Shown: positions 9,592 through 19,888 of the stretch, piece by piece
Layout: each line of letters begins with the position of its first letter
Position numbering within the stretch: position 1 is the first letter of the stretch
The notes under the pieces: generated by a model
What the model was told of the DNA's origin: nothing
The model's input: the letters and a program-made list of their open reading frames with translations, nothing else
The model's database searches: none
Source: an uncultured Chloroflexia bacterium
GTDB lineage: Bacteria; Chloroflexota; Limnocylindria; Limnocylindrales; CSP1-4
NCBI GenBank assembly: GCA_963713975.1
Contig: OY970218.1
Span: 3,488,001-3,552,000 of the forward strand
DNA length: 64,000 nucleotides
Direction of reading: 5' to 3'
Made by a program: the position numbers and the translations under genes

Positions 9592-10533
9592 ATGGGCGGC
9601 ATCGAGGCACTGCGCGGGGTCTGGAACATCGTGCCCACGCCGTTCACGCCCGACGGCGGCGTGGACGCCGGCTCGATCCCGGGGCTGGTGGCGTTCGTGC
9701 GGGCGGCGGGCGTCGACGGGATGACGATCCTGGGCGTGCTCGGTGAGGCCGGTCGCCTGGGCGACGCCGAGCGGACGGTGGTGCTGGAGGCGGTGATGGG
9801 CACGGCCGCGGGCTCCATCCCCGTGTGCGTGGGCATCTCGCACGCCTCCACGGACCGCGCGATCGCATTCGCCCGCGAGGCGGCCGCCGCCGGCGCCCAC
9901 TCGGTCATGCTCGCCCCGCCGCCGCTGGCCCGCCCCACCGACGCGGCCCTGCGCCGGCACTACCTGGCGGTCGCGGCCGCCGTGGACGTTCCGATCGTCG
10001 TCCAGGACCATCCCGCCAGCTCCGGGGTGCCGATGACGTCCGACTTCCTCCTGGCCCTCGCTGCGGAAGCGCCGCAGTGCGGCGTGATCAAGCTCGAGGA
10101 GGAGCCCACGCCACCCAAGGTGGGACGTCTCGTCGAGGGTTCGCCGGACCTGATCGTGCTGGGCGGACTGGGCGGGCAGATGCTGCTGGAGGAGCTGCGC
10201 CGTGGCAGCCACGGGACGATGACCGGCTTCGGGTTCCCGGAGGTGCTGGTGGCCATCGTGCGACGGTGGCGTGCGGGCGACCGGGACGGCGCGGCGGCCC
10301 TGTTCGACCGCTACGCGACGCTCATGCGCTTCGAGAACCAGGCGCTGCTCAACCTGCCGATCCGGAAGCACCTCTACCAGCGCCGCGGTGCGATCGCCCA
10401 CGCCACGGTCCGGGCGCCCGGGGTTCCGGCCGACCCGGGCACGATCGCGGACCTGGACGACCTGCTGCGGCGCACGGGCCTCGATCGGCATCTTGCGGCC
10501 GGTTCGGTGCTGCCCGAGCTGCTGGACGGCTGA
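9592..10533 (+). CDS. Dihydrodipicolinate synthase (DapA)-family aldolase/lyase
   Basis: PTPF..DG.VD, GVLGEA, Schiff-base Lys in VIKLEE. GGAGG RBS before ATG 9592. Confidence 0.85.
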   Translation: MGGIEALRGVWNIVPTPFTPDGGVDAGSIPGLVAFVRAAGVDGMTILGVLGEAGRLGDAERTVVLEAVMGTAAGSIPVCVGISHASTDRAIAFAREAAAAGAHSVMLAPPPLARPTDAALRRHYLAVAAAVDVPIVVQDHPASSGVPMTSDFLLALAAEAPQCGVIKLEEEPTPPKVGRLVEGSPDLIVLGGLGGQMLLEELRRGSHGTMTGFGFPEVLVAIVRRWRAGDRDGAAALFDRYATLMRFENQALLNLPIRKHLYQRRGAIAHATVRAPGVPADPGTIADLDDLLRRTGLDRHLAAGSVLPELLDG

Positions 10534-10599
10534 CGACGAGGCTGCCCTCACCCCGGACCGCCGTAAGGGCAGCCGAGGTCCCTGGTGCCATACTGGCCC

Positions 10600-11283
10600 A
10601 TGCCTGTCCGTACCGTCATCGAACGTGGACCCAAGGGGAAGCGGGCCGTGGCCTTCAGCCTCGACTGGCCGGGGTGGAGCCGGGGTGCGAAGACCCCGGA
10701 GCTCGCGCTGGAGACGCTCGAGGCCTACCGGGGGCGTTATCGTCCGGTCGCGGCCTTAGCCGGATTGGCGCCCGACTTCGACGCCGCCGCGGACCTTGAG
10801 ATCGTGGAGGACCGGGTCGGCACGGGCTCGACCGACTTCTGGGGCATCTCCTTCTCGCCCTCCGCCGCCGAGCAGGGGCCGATGAGCGAGACGGATCTCG
10901 AGCGCGGGATCACCCTCCTGCAGGCCTGCTGGGCGTTCTTCGATGGCGTCGCCGCGCGGGTCTCGCCGGTGATGCGCAAGGGCCCGCGCGGCGGTGGGCG
11001 CGATCGCGACCGGATCATCCGCCACACGATCCGCACCGAGAGCGAGGACTTCGCGAAGCAGGTGGGGTTGCGAAACCCGGAGGAGGCGGCGCTGACCACG
11101 GATGGACTGGTGCACCATCGGGAGACCTACGTGGCGGCGATGCGCGCCTACAACGCCGGGGAGGTCAAGCGGCGCATGCGGTCGTGGACGTTGCCGTACC
11201 TCATCCGCCACTCCGCCTTCCACACGCTCGACCACGCGTGGGAGATGGAGGACAAGGACCTCTCCGCCGAGCAGGGTGTCTGA
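10600..11283 (+). CDS. Conserved hypothetical protein (HicB-like N-terminus, DinB-like C-terminus)
   Basis: LDWPGWSRGAKTPELAL and IRHSAFHTLDHAWEMED; CATACT 5 nt before the ATG suggests a leaderless transcript. Confidence 0.7.
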   Translation: MPVRTVIERGPKGKRAVAFSLDWPGWSRGAKTPELALETLEAYRGRYRPVAALAGLAPDFDAAADLEIVEDRVGTGSTDFWGISFSPSAAEQGPMSETDLERGITLLQACWAFFDGVAARVSPVMRKGPRGGGRDRDRIIRHTIRTESEDFAKQVGLRNPEEAALTTDGLVHHRETYVAAMRAYNAGEVKRRMRSWTLPYLIRHSAFHTLDHAWEMEDKDLSAEQGV

Positions 11284-11313
11284 CACGCCACACAAAGGCG
11301 ACCCGGTGAGCCG

Positions 11314-12081
11314 TCAGGGCAGCGCGCGGATCATCCCGCCGTCCACCGGCACGATCGCGCCGGTCACGAAGGACGCGGCCGGCGAGAGCAGGAACGCCCC
11401 GACCCGGCCGATCTCGGCCACGTCCCCGTAACGGCCCAACGGGATCGTCGTCCGGGTGCGGCGCTCGATCTCCTCCGGTTCGACGCCGGCTGCCTCGGCG
11501 CGACGGCCGTCCAGGAACCGGATCCGATCAGTGGCGATCCGGCCCGGCGCGACCCCGTTGATCCGGATGGGCGCCAGCTCGGCCGTGAGCGTCTTGACGA
11601 GACCCGCGAGGCCGGGGCGCAGCACGTTGGACGTGGTGAGCGCCGGGATGGGCTCGCGTACGGACGACGAGAGGACCACCAGGATCGACGGCTCCTGCCC
11701 GGCGCGCAGGTGCGGCAGGGCCGCCCGGATGAGGCGCAGGGTGGACTGGAGCGTCCCCGAGATCGCGGCGTCCCAATCCGCCTCGGAGAGCGTGTCGAAG
11801 GTGCCGCCGGGCGGCCCACCGGTGTTGACGACGAGGAGGTCGAGACCGCCGAGGGAGGCGATCGCCTGGGCAACCGCGTCGGCCGGGCCGTCCGGGGTGG
11901 CCAGGTCCGCGACCACCGCCCTGCCGCCAAGCCGCTCGGCCTCCGCCTCGATGCGTTCACGGGTGCGTCCGACGAGCGCGACGTGGACACCCTCGCCCGC
12001 CAGCGCCGTCGCGATCCCGCCACCGATCCCCGAGCCCCCACCGCCGACGATCGCCCGCCGGCCCTCCAACCCCAGATCCAT
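11314..12081 (-). CDS. SDR family oxidoreductase
   Basis: MDLGLEGRRAIVGGGGSGIG, VNTGGPP, SNVLR, NGVAPG.IAT, VDGG. Confidence 0.9.
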   Translation of the reverse strand: MDLGLEGRRAIVGGGGSGIGGGIATALAGEGVHVALVGRTRERIEAEAERLGGRAVVADLATPDGPADAVAQAIASLGGLDLLVVNTGGPPGGTFDTLSEADWDAAISGTLQSTLRLIRAALPHLRAGQEPSILVVLSSSVREPIPALTTSNVLRPGLAGLVKTLTAELAPIRINGVAPGRIATDRIRFLDGRRAEAAGVEPEEIERRTRTTIPLGRYGDVAEIGRVGAFLLSPAASFVTGAIVPVDGGMIRALP

Positions 12082-12128
12082 TCCTGCCTCCCAAATCCTG
12101 TGCTCCAAGCGTAGCCGCTGGCGCCGGG

Positions 12129-13400
12129 TCAGGCGAGGTAGCGGACCCAGAGATAGGCGGTCGAGATCAGCATCGAGGCGAGGACCACCACCGACCCGTA
12201 CCGGAGGAACTCGACGAAGCGGATCGGGTGACCTGCCTGCTTGGCCAGGTTCGCGACCACGACGTTGGCCGAAGCGCCGACGATGGTCAGATTGCCGCCG
12301 AGACACGCACCGAGCGCGAGTGCCCACCACAACGGGTCCGGGGGCATGCCACCCTCGATCAGGCGGTGGACGACCGGGATAGCAGTCGCCGTGTAGGGGA
12401 TGTTGTCCACGATTGCCGACGCTCCCGCCGAGAACCACAGGATGGCGATCGTCGCGGCGGCGTCGTTTCCGCCCGTGGCCTCGGCCAGGCGCTCCGCGAT
12501 CCCGCCGACGATCCCGACGCTGACGACCGCCTCCACGAGGATGAACAGGCCGACGAAGAAGAAGATCGTGGACCACTCGACATCGCGCAGGACGCGGTGG
12601 GGATCCGACCGCGACACCAGCATCAGGACCGCCGCCCCCAGGAGGGCCACGGTCGCCGGCTCGACGCCCAGGGCGCCATGGACCAGGAACCCGAAGATGG
12701 TCAGGCCGGTGACCACCAGCGACTTCACCAGCAGCGCCGGATCCGTGATCGCGCGCCCCTCGGTCTCCTCGAGTGCGGCCGCCCGCCGCTCGTCGGGGAC
12801 CTTGAGCGCATGGCGGAACGACACCCGGACGATCAGGACGAAGGCCAGGAAGATCAGCACGACCACCGGGGCCAGGTTGACCAGGAAGGCGCCGAAGCCC
12901 AGCCCCGCCGCCGATCCGATCAGGATGTTCGGCGGGTCCCCGATCAGCGTCGCCGTGCCCCCGATGTTCGAGGCCAGGATCTGCGTGATCAGGTAGGGCA
13001 TGGGCGAGATGCCCAGACGCCGGGACACGGAGAGCGTGATCGGGGTCATCAGGACAACCGTGGTCACGTTGTCCAGGAACGCGGAGACGACCGCGGTGAT
13101 CGCCGCGAGGATCAGCAACAGCCGGATGGGATGCCCGGCAGACAACGTGACGGACCGGACGGCGAGCCACTCGAAGAAGCCCGTCCGCGACAGGATCGAG
13201 GCCAGCACCATCATCCCGACGAGCAGGAAGATGACGTTGAGGTCGATGGCCGCGAACGCCTCCTCCTGATCGAGGACCCCGAGGGCGACCATGGTGAGGC
13301 CCGCCAGCAGCGCGACCAGCGTCCGGTCCAGCCACTCGGTGGCGATGAAGATGTAGGCCACCACGAAGACGACGGCCGCGACGATCGTGTCGACGGCCAT
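12129..13400 (-). CDS. ArsB/NhaD (IT superfamily) ion transporter
   Basis: SAFLDNVTT, ASNIGGTATLIGDPPN, SAIVDNIP, LGGNLTIVGASAN; many TM helices. Confidence 0.9.
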   Translation of the reverse strand: MAVDTIVAAVVFVVAYIFIATEWLDRTLVALLAGLTMVALGVLDQEEAFAAIDLNVIFLLVGMMVLASILSRTGFFEWLAVRSVTLSAGHPIRLLLILAAITAVVSAFLDNVTTVVLMTPITLSVSRRLGISPMPYLITQILASNIGGTATLIGDPPNILIGSAAGLGFGAFLVNLAPVVVLIFLAFVLIVRVSFRHALKVPDERRAAALEETEGRAITDPALLVKSLVVTGLTIFGFLVHGALGVEPATVALLGAAVLMLVSRSDPHRVLRDVEWSTIFFFVGLFILVEAVVSVGIVGGIAERLAEATGGNDAAATIAILWFSAGASAIVDNIPYTATAIPVVHRLIEGGMPPDPLWWALALGACLGGNLTIVGASANVVVANLAKQAGHPIRFVEFLRYGSVVVLASMLISTAYLWVRYLA

Positions 13401-13664
13401 CAGGGGTCCACCGCGCGCCAAGGCGCCGGGCGCGGGCCGCGGGCGGCCGACCGCGTGGATTCCATCGCGGGAGCATACGCGGCGCGGACGGCGCCGGACC
13501 GGGTCCTGCGCAACCGCACGGCAACCGCACGGTCACCCGAATCGGCTCCCCTCCGCACCGATGGGAGGGACTGACCGCGGGACGCAACCGGGCCACGCTG
13601 CCCGCCAGAACGCCGAGCGGGACTGGCCCGGCCCCGACGGCGTGACCAGGAGGTCGGACGAGAG

Positions 13665-14984
13665 ATGCACATCGCACGACGGATGCTGTTCGGAAGCCTT
13701 GCGGCAGCAGGCCTGCTCGCGGGCCTGCCCGCCGTCGCCGCCGCCGCGGACGGTGGGACCATCGACACGGGCGACACCGCCTGGCTTCTCATGTCGACCG
13801 CCCTGGTCATGGTGATGCTGCCCGGCCTCGCGCTGTTCTACGGCGGCCTGGTGCGTCGCAAGAACGTCCTGTCGACCATCATGCACAGCTTCTTCGGGCT
13901 CGCCCTGGTCAGCGTGGTCTGGGTCGTCGTCGGCTTCTCGCTGGCGTTCGGGTCGGATGTCGGCGGCTTCGGATTGATCGGCAACCCGTTCGAGTACATC
14001 GGCTTCATCAGCGTCGGTCTCGATCCCAACCCGACCTACGGCCCCACCATCCCGTTCATCCTGTTCGCCGCCTTCCAGCTCATGTTCGCGGCAATCACCC
14101 CGGCCCTGATCACGGGGGCCTTCGCCGAGCGCAAGCGGTTCGGCGCCTTCGTCATGTTCACCATCCTGTGGTCCCTGTTCGTCTACTCCCCAGTCGCGCA
14201 CTGGGTCTGGTCCGTCGACGGCTGGCTGTACCAGCTCGGCGCGCTCGACTTCGCGGGAGGCACCGTCGTCCATGCGACCTCGGGCGTGTCGGCCCTCCTC
14301 GTCGCGATCCTGATCGGGCGCCGCGTGCTCAACGGGTCCGGGGTGGAGCCCCACGACATCCCCATGACAGTCCTGGGCGCGGGCCTCCTGTGGTTCGGAT
14401 GGTTCGGCTTCAATGCCGGCTCCGCCCTGAGCGCCAACGGTCTCGCCGCCAACGCGCTCCTGGTCACCAACGTCGCGGCAGCTGCGGCGACGATCACGTG
14501 GGTCATGGCCAGCTACCTCCACAAGAAGAAGGTCAGCGTCGTCGGGGCGGCGGCGGGTGCCGTGGCCGGCCTGGTGGCGGTCACCCCGGCATCGGGCTTC
14601 GTGACCGCGGGTGGCGCCCTCGCCATCGGCCTCTTCGCGGGCGGCCTGTGCTACAGCGCCACCCTGCTCCGTGAGCGCGTCCGGGTCGATGACGCGCTCG
14701 ACGTGTTCGCGGTCCACGGGGTCGGTGGCATGTTCGGGGCCGTGGCCACCGGCATCTTCGCCACGACGGCGATCAACGCGGCCGGGGCCGGCCTGATCGA
14801 CGGCAACCCAGCCCAGGTCGTCATCCAGCTCGTGGCCGTGGGTGCGACGGTTGCCTACGCGGTGGGTGCCACCTTCCTGATCGTCAAGGTGGTCGACGTG
14901 GTGCTCGGCATGCGCGTCGGAGCCCACGAGGAGGAGCTGGGCCTCGACCTGTCCGTCCACGGCGAGGTCGCCTACCAGGCCTGA
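13665..14984 (+). CDS. amtB: Ammonium transporter
   Basis: PGLALFYGG, FQLMFA, DFAGGTVVH, WFGWFGFNAGS, DDALDVFAVHG. Confidence 0.96.
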   Translation: MHIARRMLFGSLAAAGLLAGLPAVAAAADGGTIDTGDTAWLLMSTALVMVMLPGLALFYGGLVRRKNVLSTIMHSFFGLALVSVVWVVVGFSLAFGSDVGGFGLIGNPFEYIGFISVGLDPNPTYGPTIPFILFAAFQLMFAAITPALITGAFAERKRFGAFVMFTILWSLFVYSPVAHWVWSVDGWLYQLGALDFAGGTVVHATSGVSALLVAILIGRRVLNGSGVEPHDIPMTVLGAGLLWFGWFGFNAGSALSANGLAANALLVTNVAAAAATITWVMASYLHKKKVSVVGAAAGAVAGLVAVTPASGFVTAGGALAIGLFAGGLCYSATLLRERVRVDDALDVFAVHGVGGMFGAVATGIFATTAINAAGAGLIDGNPAQVVIQLVAVGATVAYAVGATFLIVKVVDVVLGMRVGAHEEELGLDLSVHGEVAYQA

Positions 14985-15032
14985 TCACACGGCACCAGGC
15001 GCCGGTCCCGGCCGGCGCGAAGGGGGGCGACC

Positions 15033-15078
15033 GCGACCCCGGTCCGGATCCGCACGACGCGGAGTCTGCCGGGGTCGC
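15033..15078. terminator. Hairpin between convergent amtB and S8 peptidase genes
   Basis: GCGACCCCGG...CCGGGGTCGC inverted repeat. Confidence 0.55.
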
Positions 15079-15096
15079 TCCGCGTCCGGCCCGGGC

Positions 15097-16953
15097 TCAG
15101 CGACCGGTGACGAAGGTCCACGACTCCTTGCGCACGTGGTTCCCACCCTGGTCAACGACTCGCGTCGTCACCTCGACGCGATAGCGGGTACGCGGGTACA
15201 TGCGCAGCGCTGGGTCGAGGACCAGCGTGTTCGACTCCGCGAGCCACGTGGAGCGGGTGCGCACGATGCGGCCCGACCTCGTGTTCCTCACGCGTACGGC
15301 GATCCCAGGTGCAGAGACCGGCTCCGAGAACCGGACGCGGATGTTCTTCGACCTGGGCACACGGGTCGCGCCGGGGCCGGGCGACCTGCGGATGATCCGC
15401 GGCACCACGGCGTCGGCCACCGTGATCGTCGGTGACAGCGCCTCCGCGTAGTTGCCATCCTCATCCACGGCGGCCACGGCCACCTCGTAGCAGCGACCGT
15501 TCCGGAGCCCGGTGAGCGGGATCGCCAGCCCGAAGTCCAGCTCCCTGGTCACGTAACGTGCGTCGTAGTTGCACCGGCCCCACGAGAGCGGCCACGAGGC
15601 CTGGATGGCGTATCCCTCCGTGACGTCGTGGTTGACCTCCAGCCGGACCGAATAGGTCGAGGCGGTCAGTCGCACCGCCCGGGCGGGGTCGACGACCGAG
15701 ATCGACAGCGGCGGCAGCGGCGTGGGCGGGTCCAGGTCCGGCAGCGGGTCCGGCACGGGCGCCGTGAGCGCCGCCGCGGCATCGATGCGGCCGTCCCCGA
15801 ACACGATGTCCCGACCCACCGGGCCCAGATCGACGGCACTCGACCGGAGCACGGCCTCCAGCTCCGCAACGCCCAGGTCGGGCCTCGCGGCCCACACCAG
15901 CGCCGCGACGCCGCTGACATGCGGGACGGCCATGCTCGTGCCCGACTCGGACTCGTAGTGGTGCCCTGGCGTGGAGGACGTGATCCCCACCCCCGGCGCA
16001 GCGATATCCACCGCGCGGCCGGAGCTCGAGAACGGCGCGATGACGTCCGATCCGTCCACCGCGCTGACGGAGACCACCCCGGGGAACGACGCCGGGTACG
16101 AACGCTCTGTCACCCCGTCGTTGCCGGCGGCGGCAACCATGAGGATCCCGGCGTCGCGTGCGGCGGTGAAGGTCGGCAGGCCCAGGGCGACCTGCTCCGG
16201 CGAGAGGAGGCCCCCGAAGCTCATGCTGATGATGTCGGCGCCGCGCTCACGAGCCCAGTCCACGCCGTCGAGCGCATCGGACAGCGCGATGCTCGACCCG
16301 GAGTCGGTCACCTTCACGGGCATCAGCGTCGACAGCGGCGCGATCCCGGCAATCCCTTCCCCGTTGTCGGTCGCGGCGAGGATGGTCCCGGTCACGTGGG
16401 TGCCGTGCCCGTAGTCGTCGCTGATGTCCTCCGAGTTCCAGACGACGTTGTGCGGCGCCACCACGGCCACCTCAGCGAGGTCGGGGTGCCCCAGGTCCAC
16501 GCCGGAGTCGAGGACGGCCACCACCACGGACGGGTCGCCGCGAGTGGTCCGCCAGGCGGTCGGGACGCCGATCTGGTCCAGGTCCGGCTGGGCTCCGAAT
16601 AGCGGGTCCGAGGGCGTCCCATCCGCGGGCCACGCCGTCAGCTCGAGGGTCGCATCCGGGACCACCGCGAGAACCCGGGGATCGGCCCGGAGCGCGGCGG
16701 CCACCTGGGCGGCTCTGCCCGGTCGGGCTTTGACCACTGTGCGCATCGGGCGTGCGGTCCGCTCGATGGCCTGGACCCCGAGCTGGGACAGGGCAACCGG
16801 CGGCACGGTCTTCCAGATGACGATGAGGCGGTCCGCGTATGCCGCGGCGTCGGCGGTCTGGCGAGCGGAGGGGCTGGCGGCCGCTGCCGGGATGACCGAC
16901 CCCAGCAGGAACGCGAAAGCCATCAGGAATGCGGCGCGGTGGCGTGCAGACAT
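15097..16953 (-). CDS. Secreted S8 subtilisin-like serine peptidase with C-terminal Ig-like (Big_5-type) domain
   Basis: VAVLDSG, HGTHVTG, AAAGN, SGTSMAVPHV; signal peptide; C-terminal P.PGATRVP...VRFSEPV. Confidence 0.92.
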   Translation of the reverse strand: MSARHRAAFLMAFAFLLGSVIPAAAASPSARQTADAAAYADRLIVIWKTVPPVALSQLGVQAIERTARPMRTVVKARPGRAAQVAAALRADPRVLAVVPDATLELTAWPADGTPSDPLFGAQPDLDQIGVPTAWRTTRGDPSVVVAVLDSGVDLGHPDLAEVAVVAPHNVVWNSEDISDDYGHGTHVTGTILAATDNGEGIAGIAPLSTLMPVKVTDSGSSIALSDALDGVDWARERGADIISMSFGGLLSPEQVALGLPTFTAARDAGILMVAAAGNDGVTERSYPASFPGVVSVSAVDGSDVIAPFSSSGRAVDIAAPGVGITSSTPGHHYESESGTSMAVPHVSGVAALVWAARPDLGVAELEAVLRSSAVDLGPVGRDIVFGDGRIDAAAALTAPVPDPLPDLDPPTPLPPLSISVVDPARAVRLTASTYSVRLEVNHDVTEGYAIQASWPLSWGRCNYDARYVTRELDFGLAIPLTGLRNGRCYEVAVAAVDEDGNYAEALSPTITVADAVVPRIIRRSPGPGATRVPRSKNIRVRFSEPVSAPGIAVRVRNTRSGRIVRTRSTWLAESNTLVLDPALRMYPRTRYRVEVTTRVVDQGGNHVRKESWTFVTGR

Positions 16954-17259
16954 GGCCGGAGCCCCCTTGGCCCCGATCTTCTACGCCTGGATCAGGACCC
17001 GGCGTGAGTGTAGTGCCCCGGCGCAAGTCGCCCGAGCCCGTTCAGCACGGGCGACCCGGCCAGTCCCGAACTTGTGCCTCCCACCCCGACGGCGGCAGCC
17101 CGACGTTCGATGCAACCCAACCGCAACCGCCGCGTCGCCGGTTGGGCCATCGTGCGGCGTTGTCGTGGCGCGCAGTATCCAAATCCTCACGGATCTGGTC
17201 CCGGTCCGTCAGCCCGACCCGGCACCAGTGCCGCGACGCCCGACAGGGAGGATTCCACC

Positions 17260-17478
17260 ATGACATTCCCGGCCTACAGCACCGAGTCCGCCTCGAGTGC
17301 CTCGCAGACGGCGGGCGGTCCGGTGACCTGCTCGAACTGCGGCTGCCGCCTGCAGCACGCCGCCGACCTCAACGGCTGGCTCCACTTCTCGCCGATGGCC
17401 GGCCGCGACGCACGCGGCTGTCGGGTCAGCTGCGCCGACGAGCTGCACGACTCGCGGGGTCACGCTCTCTCCCGCTGA
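17260..17478 (+). CDS. 72-aa Cys/His-rich small protein, putative Zn-binding
   Basis: GGAGG RBS, ATG 17260; CSNC...H...C...C...H; followed by a hairpin. Confidence 0.7.
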   Translation: MTFPAYSTESASSASQTAGGPVTCSNCGCRLQHAADLNGWLHFSPMAGRDARGCRVSCADELHDSRGHALSR

Positions 17479-17515
17479 CGAGGGCGCGGGGCGACAAGCC
17501 CCCACCACAACGACG

Positions 17516-17545
17516 CGACCCCGGGCCCGCCCCCGGGGTCGTTTC
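17516..17545 (+). terminator. Intrinsic terminator-like hairpin
   Basis: CGACCCCGGG-loop-CCCGGGGTCG followed by TTT. Confidence 0.55.
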
Positions 17546-17582
17546 GATTCCGGGGAGGCCCATGACGGATGGCGCCTGGGTA

Positions 17583-18305
17583 TCAGGCCTGCTCGTCCGC
17601 CTCGATCCGGTAGCCCACCGACCTGACGGCCACGATCCGTGGGCCACCGACGGCCTCGAGCTTCGAGCGCAATCGGGCCAGGTGCGGCTTGAGCCAGAGC
17701 AGGTCCGGATCGGGTTCCGCCGGCCACCCGGCCCGGGCCAGGCGGTGGTGGGCGACGAGGTCCCCGCCGGCCCGGACCAGGGCCTCGAGCAGGCGGAACT
17801 CGGTCGGCGTCAGTCCAAGCGAGTAGGCTCCGACCCTTGCCTCGTGGCGTGCCGGCTCCACGGTCAGCGATCCCGCGGTCAGCACTCCGGGCGGGCCATC
17901 CCCCGAGGAGGCCCGCCCCGTCCCGGCGAGGTCCACCCGGCGCATGACGGCGGAGATGCGCGCCAGGAGCTCCTGCTTGCCGAACGGCTTGACCAGGTAG
18001 TCGTCTGCGCCGATCCCCAGGGCCTTCACCTTGGCCGCCTCGGCGCTCTCGCCCGAAACGACCAGGACCGGGACGTTGCCGGACGACCGCAGCTGGCCGA
18101 TGACCGTGAACCCGTCCGGGCCGGGCATGGCAAGGTCCAGGAGTACGAGGTCGGGTCGCTCTTCCCGGAATCGCTTCACGGCGGTCAGGCCGTCATAGGC
18201 AGTGATGACCTGGTGGCCCTCGGTGCCGACCAGGGCCGTGATCGCCCCGACCATGGCCGGGTCGTCATCCACCACCAGGATGCGCAGGGGTCTCGTTCCG
18301 ATCAC
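17583..18305 (-). CDS. OmpR-family response regulator
   Basis: ILVVDDD, LLDLAMPGPDG, ADDYLVKPF, LTPTEFRLL, VRSVGYR; start set at GTG 18305. Confidence 0.92.
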   Translation of the reverse strand: MIGTRPLRILVVDDDPAMVGAITALVGTEGHQVITAYDGLTAVKRFREERPDLVLLDLAMPGPDGFTVIGQLRSSGNVPVLVVSGESAEAAKVKALGIGADDYLVKPFGKQELLARISAVMRRVDLAGTGRASSGDGPPGVLTAGSLTVEPARHEARVGAYSLGLTPTEFRLLEALVRAGGDLVAHHRLARAGWPAEPDPDLLWLKPHLARLRSKLEAVGGPRIVAVRSVGYRIEADEQA

Positions 18306-18325
18306 TCGGGTTGCCTCACTTTCGA

Positions 18326-19753
18326 TCAGACGGCGACAGACGCGGGCAGGGCGAGCACGAAGCGCGCACCACCAGCGGAGGCGGGCTCGCACCACAGGCG
18401 ACCCCGCATCAATTCGGCAAGGCGGCGCGCCGCATAGAGCCCGATACCGGACCCTCGTGCGGTCAGCGTCTCGCGCCGGGAATAGGGTTCGAAGATCCGC
18501 TCCCGCCATTCGGGCGGGATACCGGGTCCCTCGTCGGAGATCGCGATCCTCACCACGCCCTCCACGAGCGACCACTCGAGCTCCACCCGTGTGTCGGGCG
18601 GTGCGTACTTCACGGCGTTCTCCAGCAGGTGCTCGAGCACCTGGCGGAGGCGGGCCGGATCCGCCAGGACGTGGAGCCGCCACGACCGCGCGATCTCCGT
18701 CCTGTGGCGTTGCAGCAGGGGCGCCACGTCCTCAAGCAGCGGCTCGATGAAGGCGTGGAGGTCGATGGAATGGAGCTCCGGTGGCTGCTCCGGGACCACC
18801 CGGATGGACTCGAGGATCGAGTCCACGAGCCTGTCGAGCCGCTCGATCTGCTCAAGTGTTCCCAGGTGCCAGGCTGCTCGGGTCGTGCGGCGCTTCGTGT
18901 CCCGCGACTGGCGGCCGTTCAGCAGCGGCTCCTCCGCCAGCAGGTCCGTGTAGGCGCGCACGACGGCGAGCGGTGTCCTGAGCTCGTGGGTTACCAGCGC
19001 GATGAGCTCGTTCCGCGCCTGGTCCAGGGCCTGCAGCTGGGCGACCTGGGCTTCGGCCTCACGCTGGAGCCGACCCTTCTCCAGGATCCCCGCCAGGAGA
19101 TCCGCGATGGCGGACAGCTGGGCGACATCCTCGGCCGTGAAGGCCCTGCGTTCCTCGGTCTGGATGTTGAGCACGCCGATGAGCTGGTCGTGCCAGGTCA
19201 GGGGAACGGAGAGCATGGACGCGATGAACCGGCGCTGGTCCAGTCCGCGGACCCACAGGAATCGCGGGTCGTCGGCGATGTCGGGCACGATGATCGGGCA
19301 CCGCGTGGCCGCCGCGGATCCCGTGATCCCCTCCCCGAACGGCACCGAGACTCGACCGATGTGATGCCGGTCGAGGCCGTTCGTGGCAGCGAGGGTGAGC
19401 GACACCTGGTCGCGGTCCATCAGGTACAGCGACGACACCGTGGCCCGCAGGGCGTTGCGGGTCCCATCGACGACCGTCTCGAGGAGCTCCTCCCACGTCT
19501 GGGCGGTGGTCGCCAGGCGAAGGAGCTCATGCAGGAACTGGAGCTGGGCGACCGGATCGTGGGCGGGCGGAGGCGCCGGCAGGTGCGGCTCCCCGAGCGG
19601 CTGGCCGATGATGGGCGATGGGTCGGCAGTGGGCGCCGGGTCCGTGGCGGGCGAGGTCGACGCGACCGGATCCGGGACCTTCGGGGCGGCGTCGACCGAC
19701 GGCCCGTCGGCGGGCCGCTTGGCCATGAACTGGCCGTCCTCGAGTCGTGCCAT
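18326..19753 (-). CDS. Cytoplasmic GAF-domain sensor histidine kinase
   Basis: GAF domain (GEGITG, SMLSVPL), THELRTPL, LLENAVKY, DEGPGIP, GSGIGL. Confidence 0.92.
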   Translation of the reverse strand: MARLEDGQFMAKRPADGPSVDAAPKVPDPVASTSPATDPAPTADPSPIIGQPLGEPHLPAPPPAHDPVAQLQFLHELLRLATTAQTWEELLETVVDGTRNALRATVSSLYLMDRDQVSLTLAATNGLDRHHIGRVSVPFGEGITGSAAATRCPIIVPDIADDPRFLWVRGLDQRRFIASMLSVPLTWHDQLIGVLNIQTEERRAFTAEDVAQLSAIADLLAGILEKGRLQREAEAQVAQLQALDQARNELIALVTHELRTPLAVVRAYTDLLAEEPLLNGRQSRDTKRRTTRAAWHLGTLEQIERLDRLVDSILESIRVVPEQPPELHSIDLHAFIEPLLEDVAPLLQRHRTEIARSWRLHVLADPARLRQVLEHLLENAVKYAPPDTRVELEWSLVEGVVRIAISDEGPGIPPEWRERIFEPYSRRETLTARGSGIGLYAARRLAELMRGRLWCEPASAGGARFVLALPASVAV

Positions 19754-19888
19754 CGCGATCATTCTCCCAGCCTAGGCCCCTTCGCCACCTTCGTCGGTTG
19801 CGGCGTGGTAGCGGGACGGTGCCCATGCAGTCAAACCGTAACTCTCGAGCGCCTGACACGCGAGCCCTCCACCGTCATCCTTAGGCCG

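Noticed and set aside
10541-10573. GCTGCCCT...AGGGCAGC as another CIS operator
   Set aside because: Arm spacing is far longer than 4 bp and it lies right after a stop codon; more likely a terminator hairpin.
11314-13677. 787-aa SDR fusion
   Set aside because: The upstream part is an off-frame overlap of the transporter; the SDR starts at MDLGL (12081) with its own RBS.
18311-19888. 1492-aa giant PEP carboxylase
   Set aside because: The N-terminal extension is the antisense of the histidine kinase; the PEPC-like sequence begins near ATG 19889.
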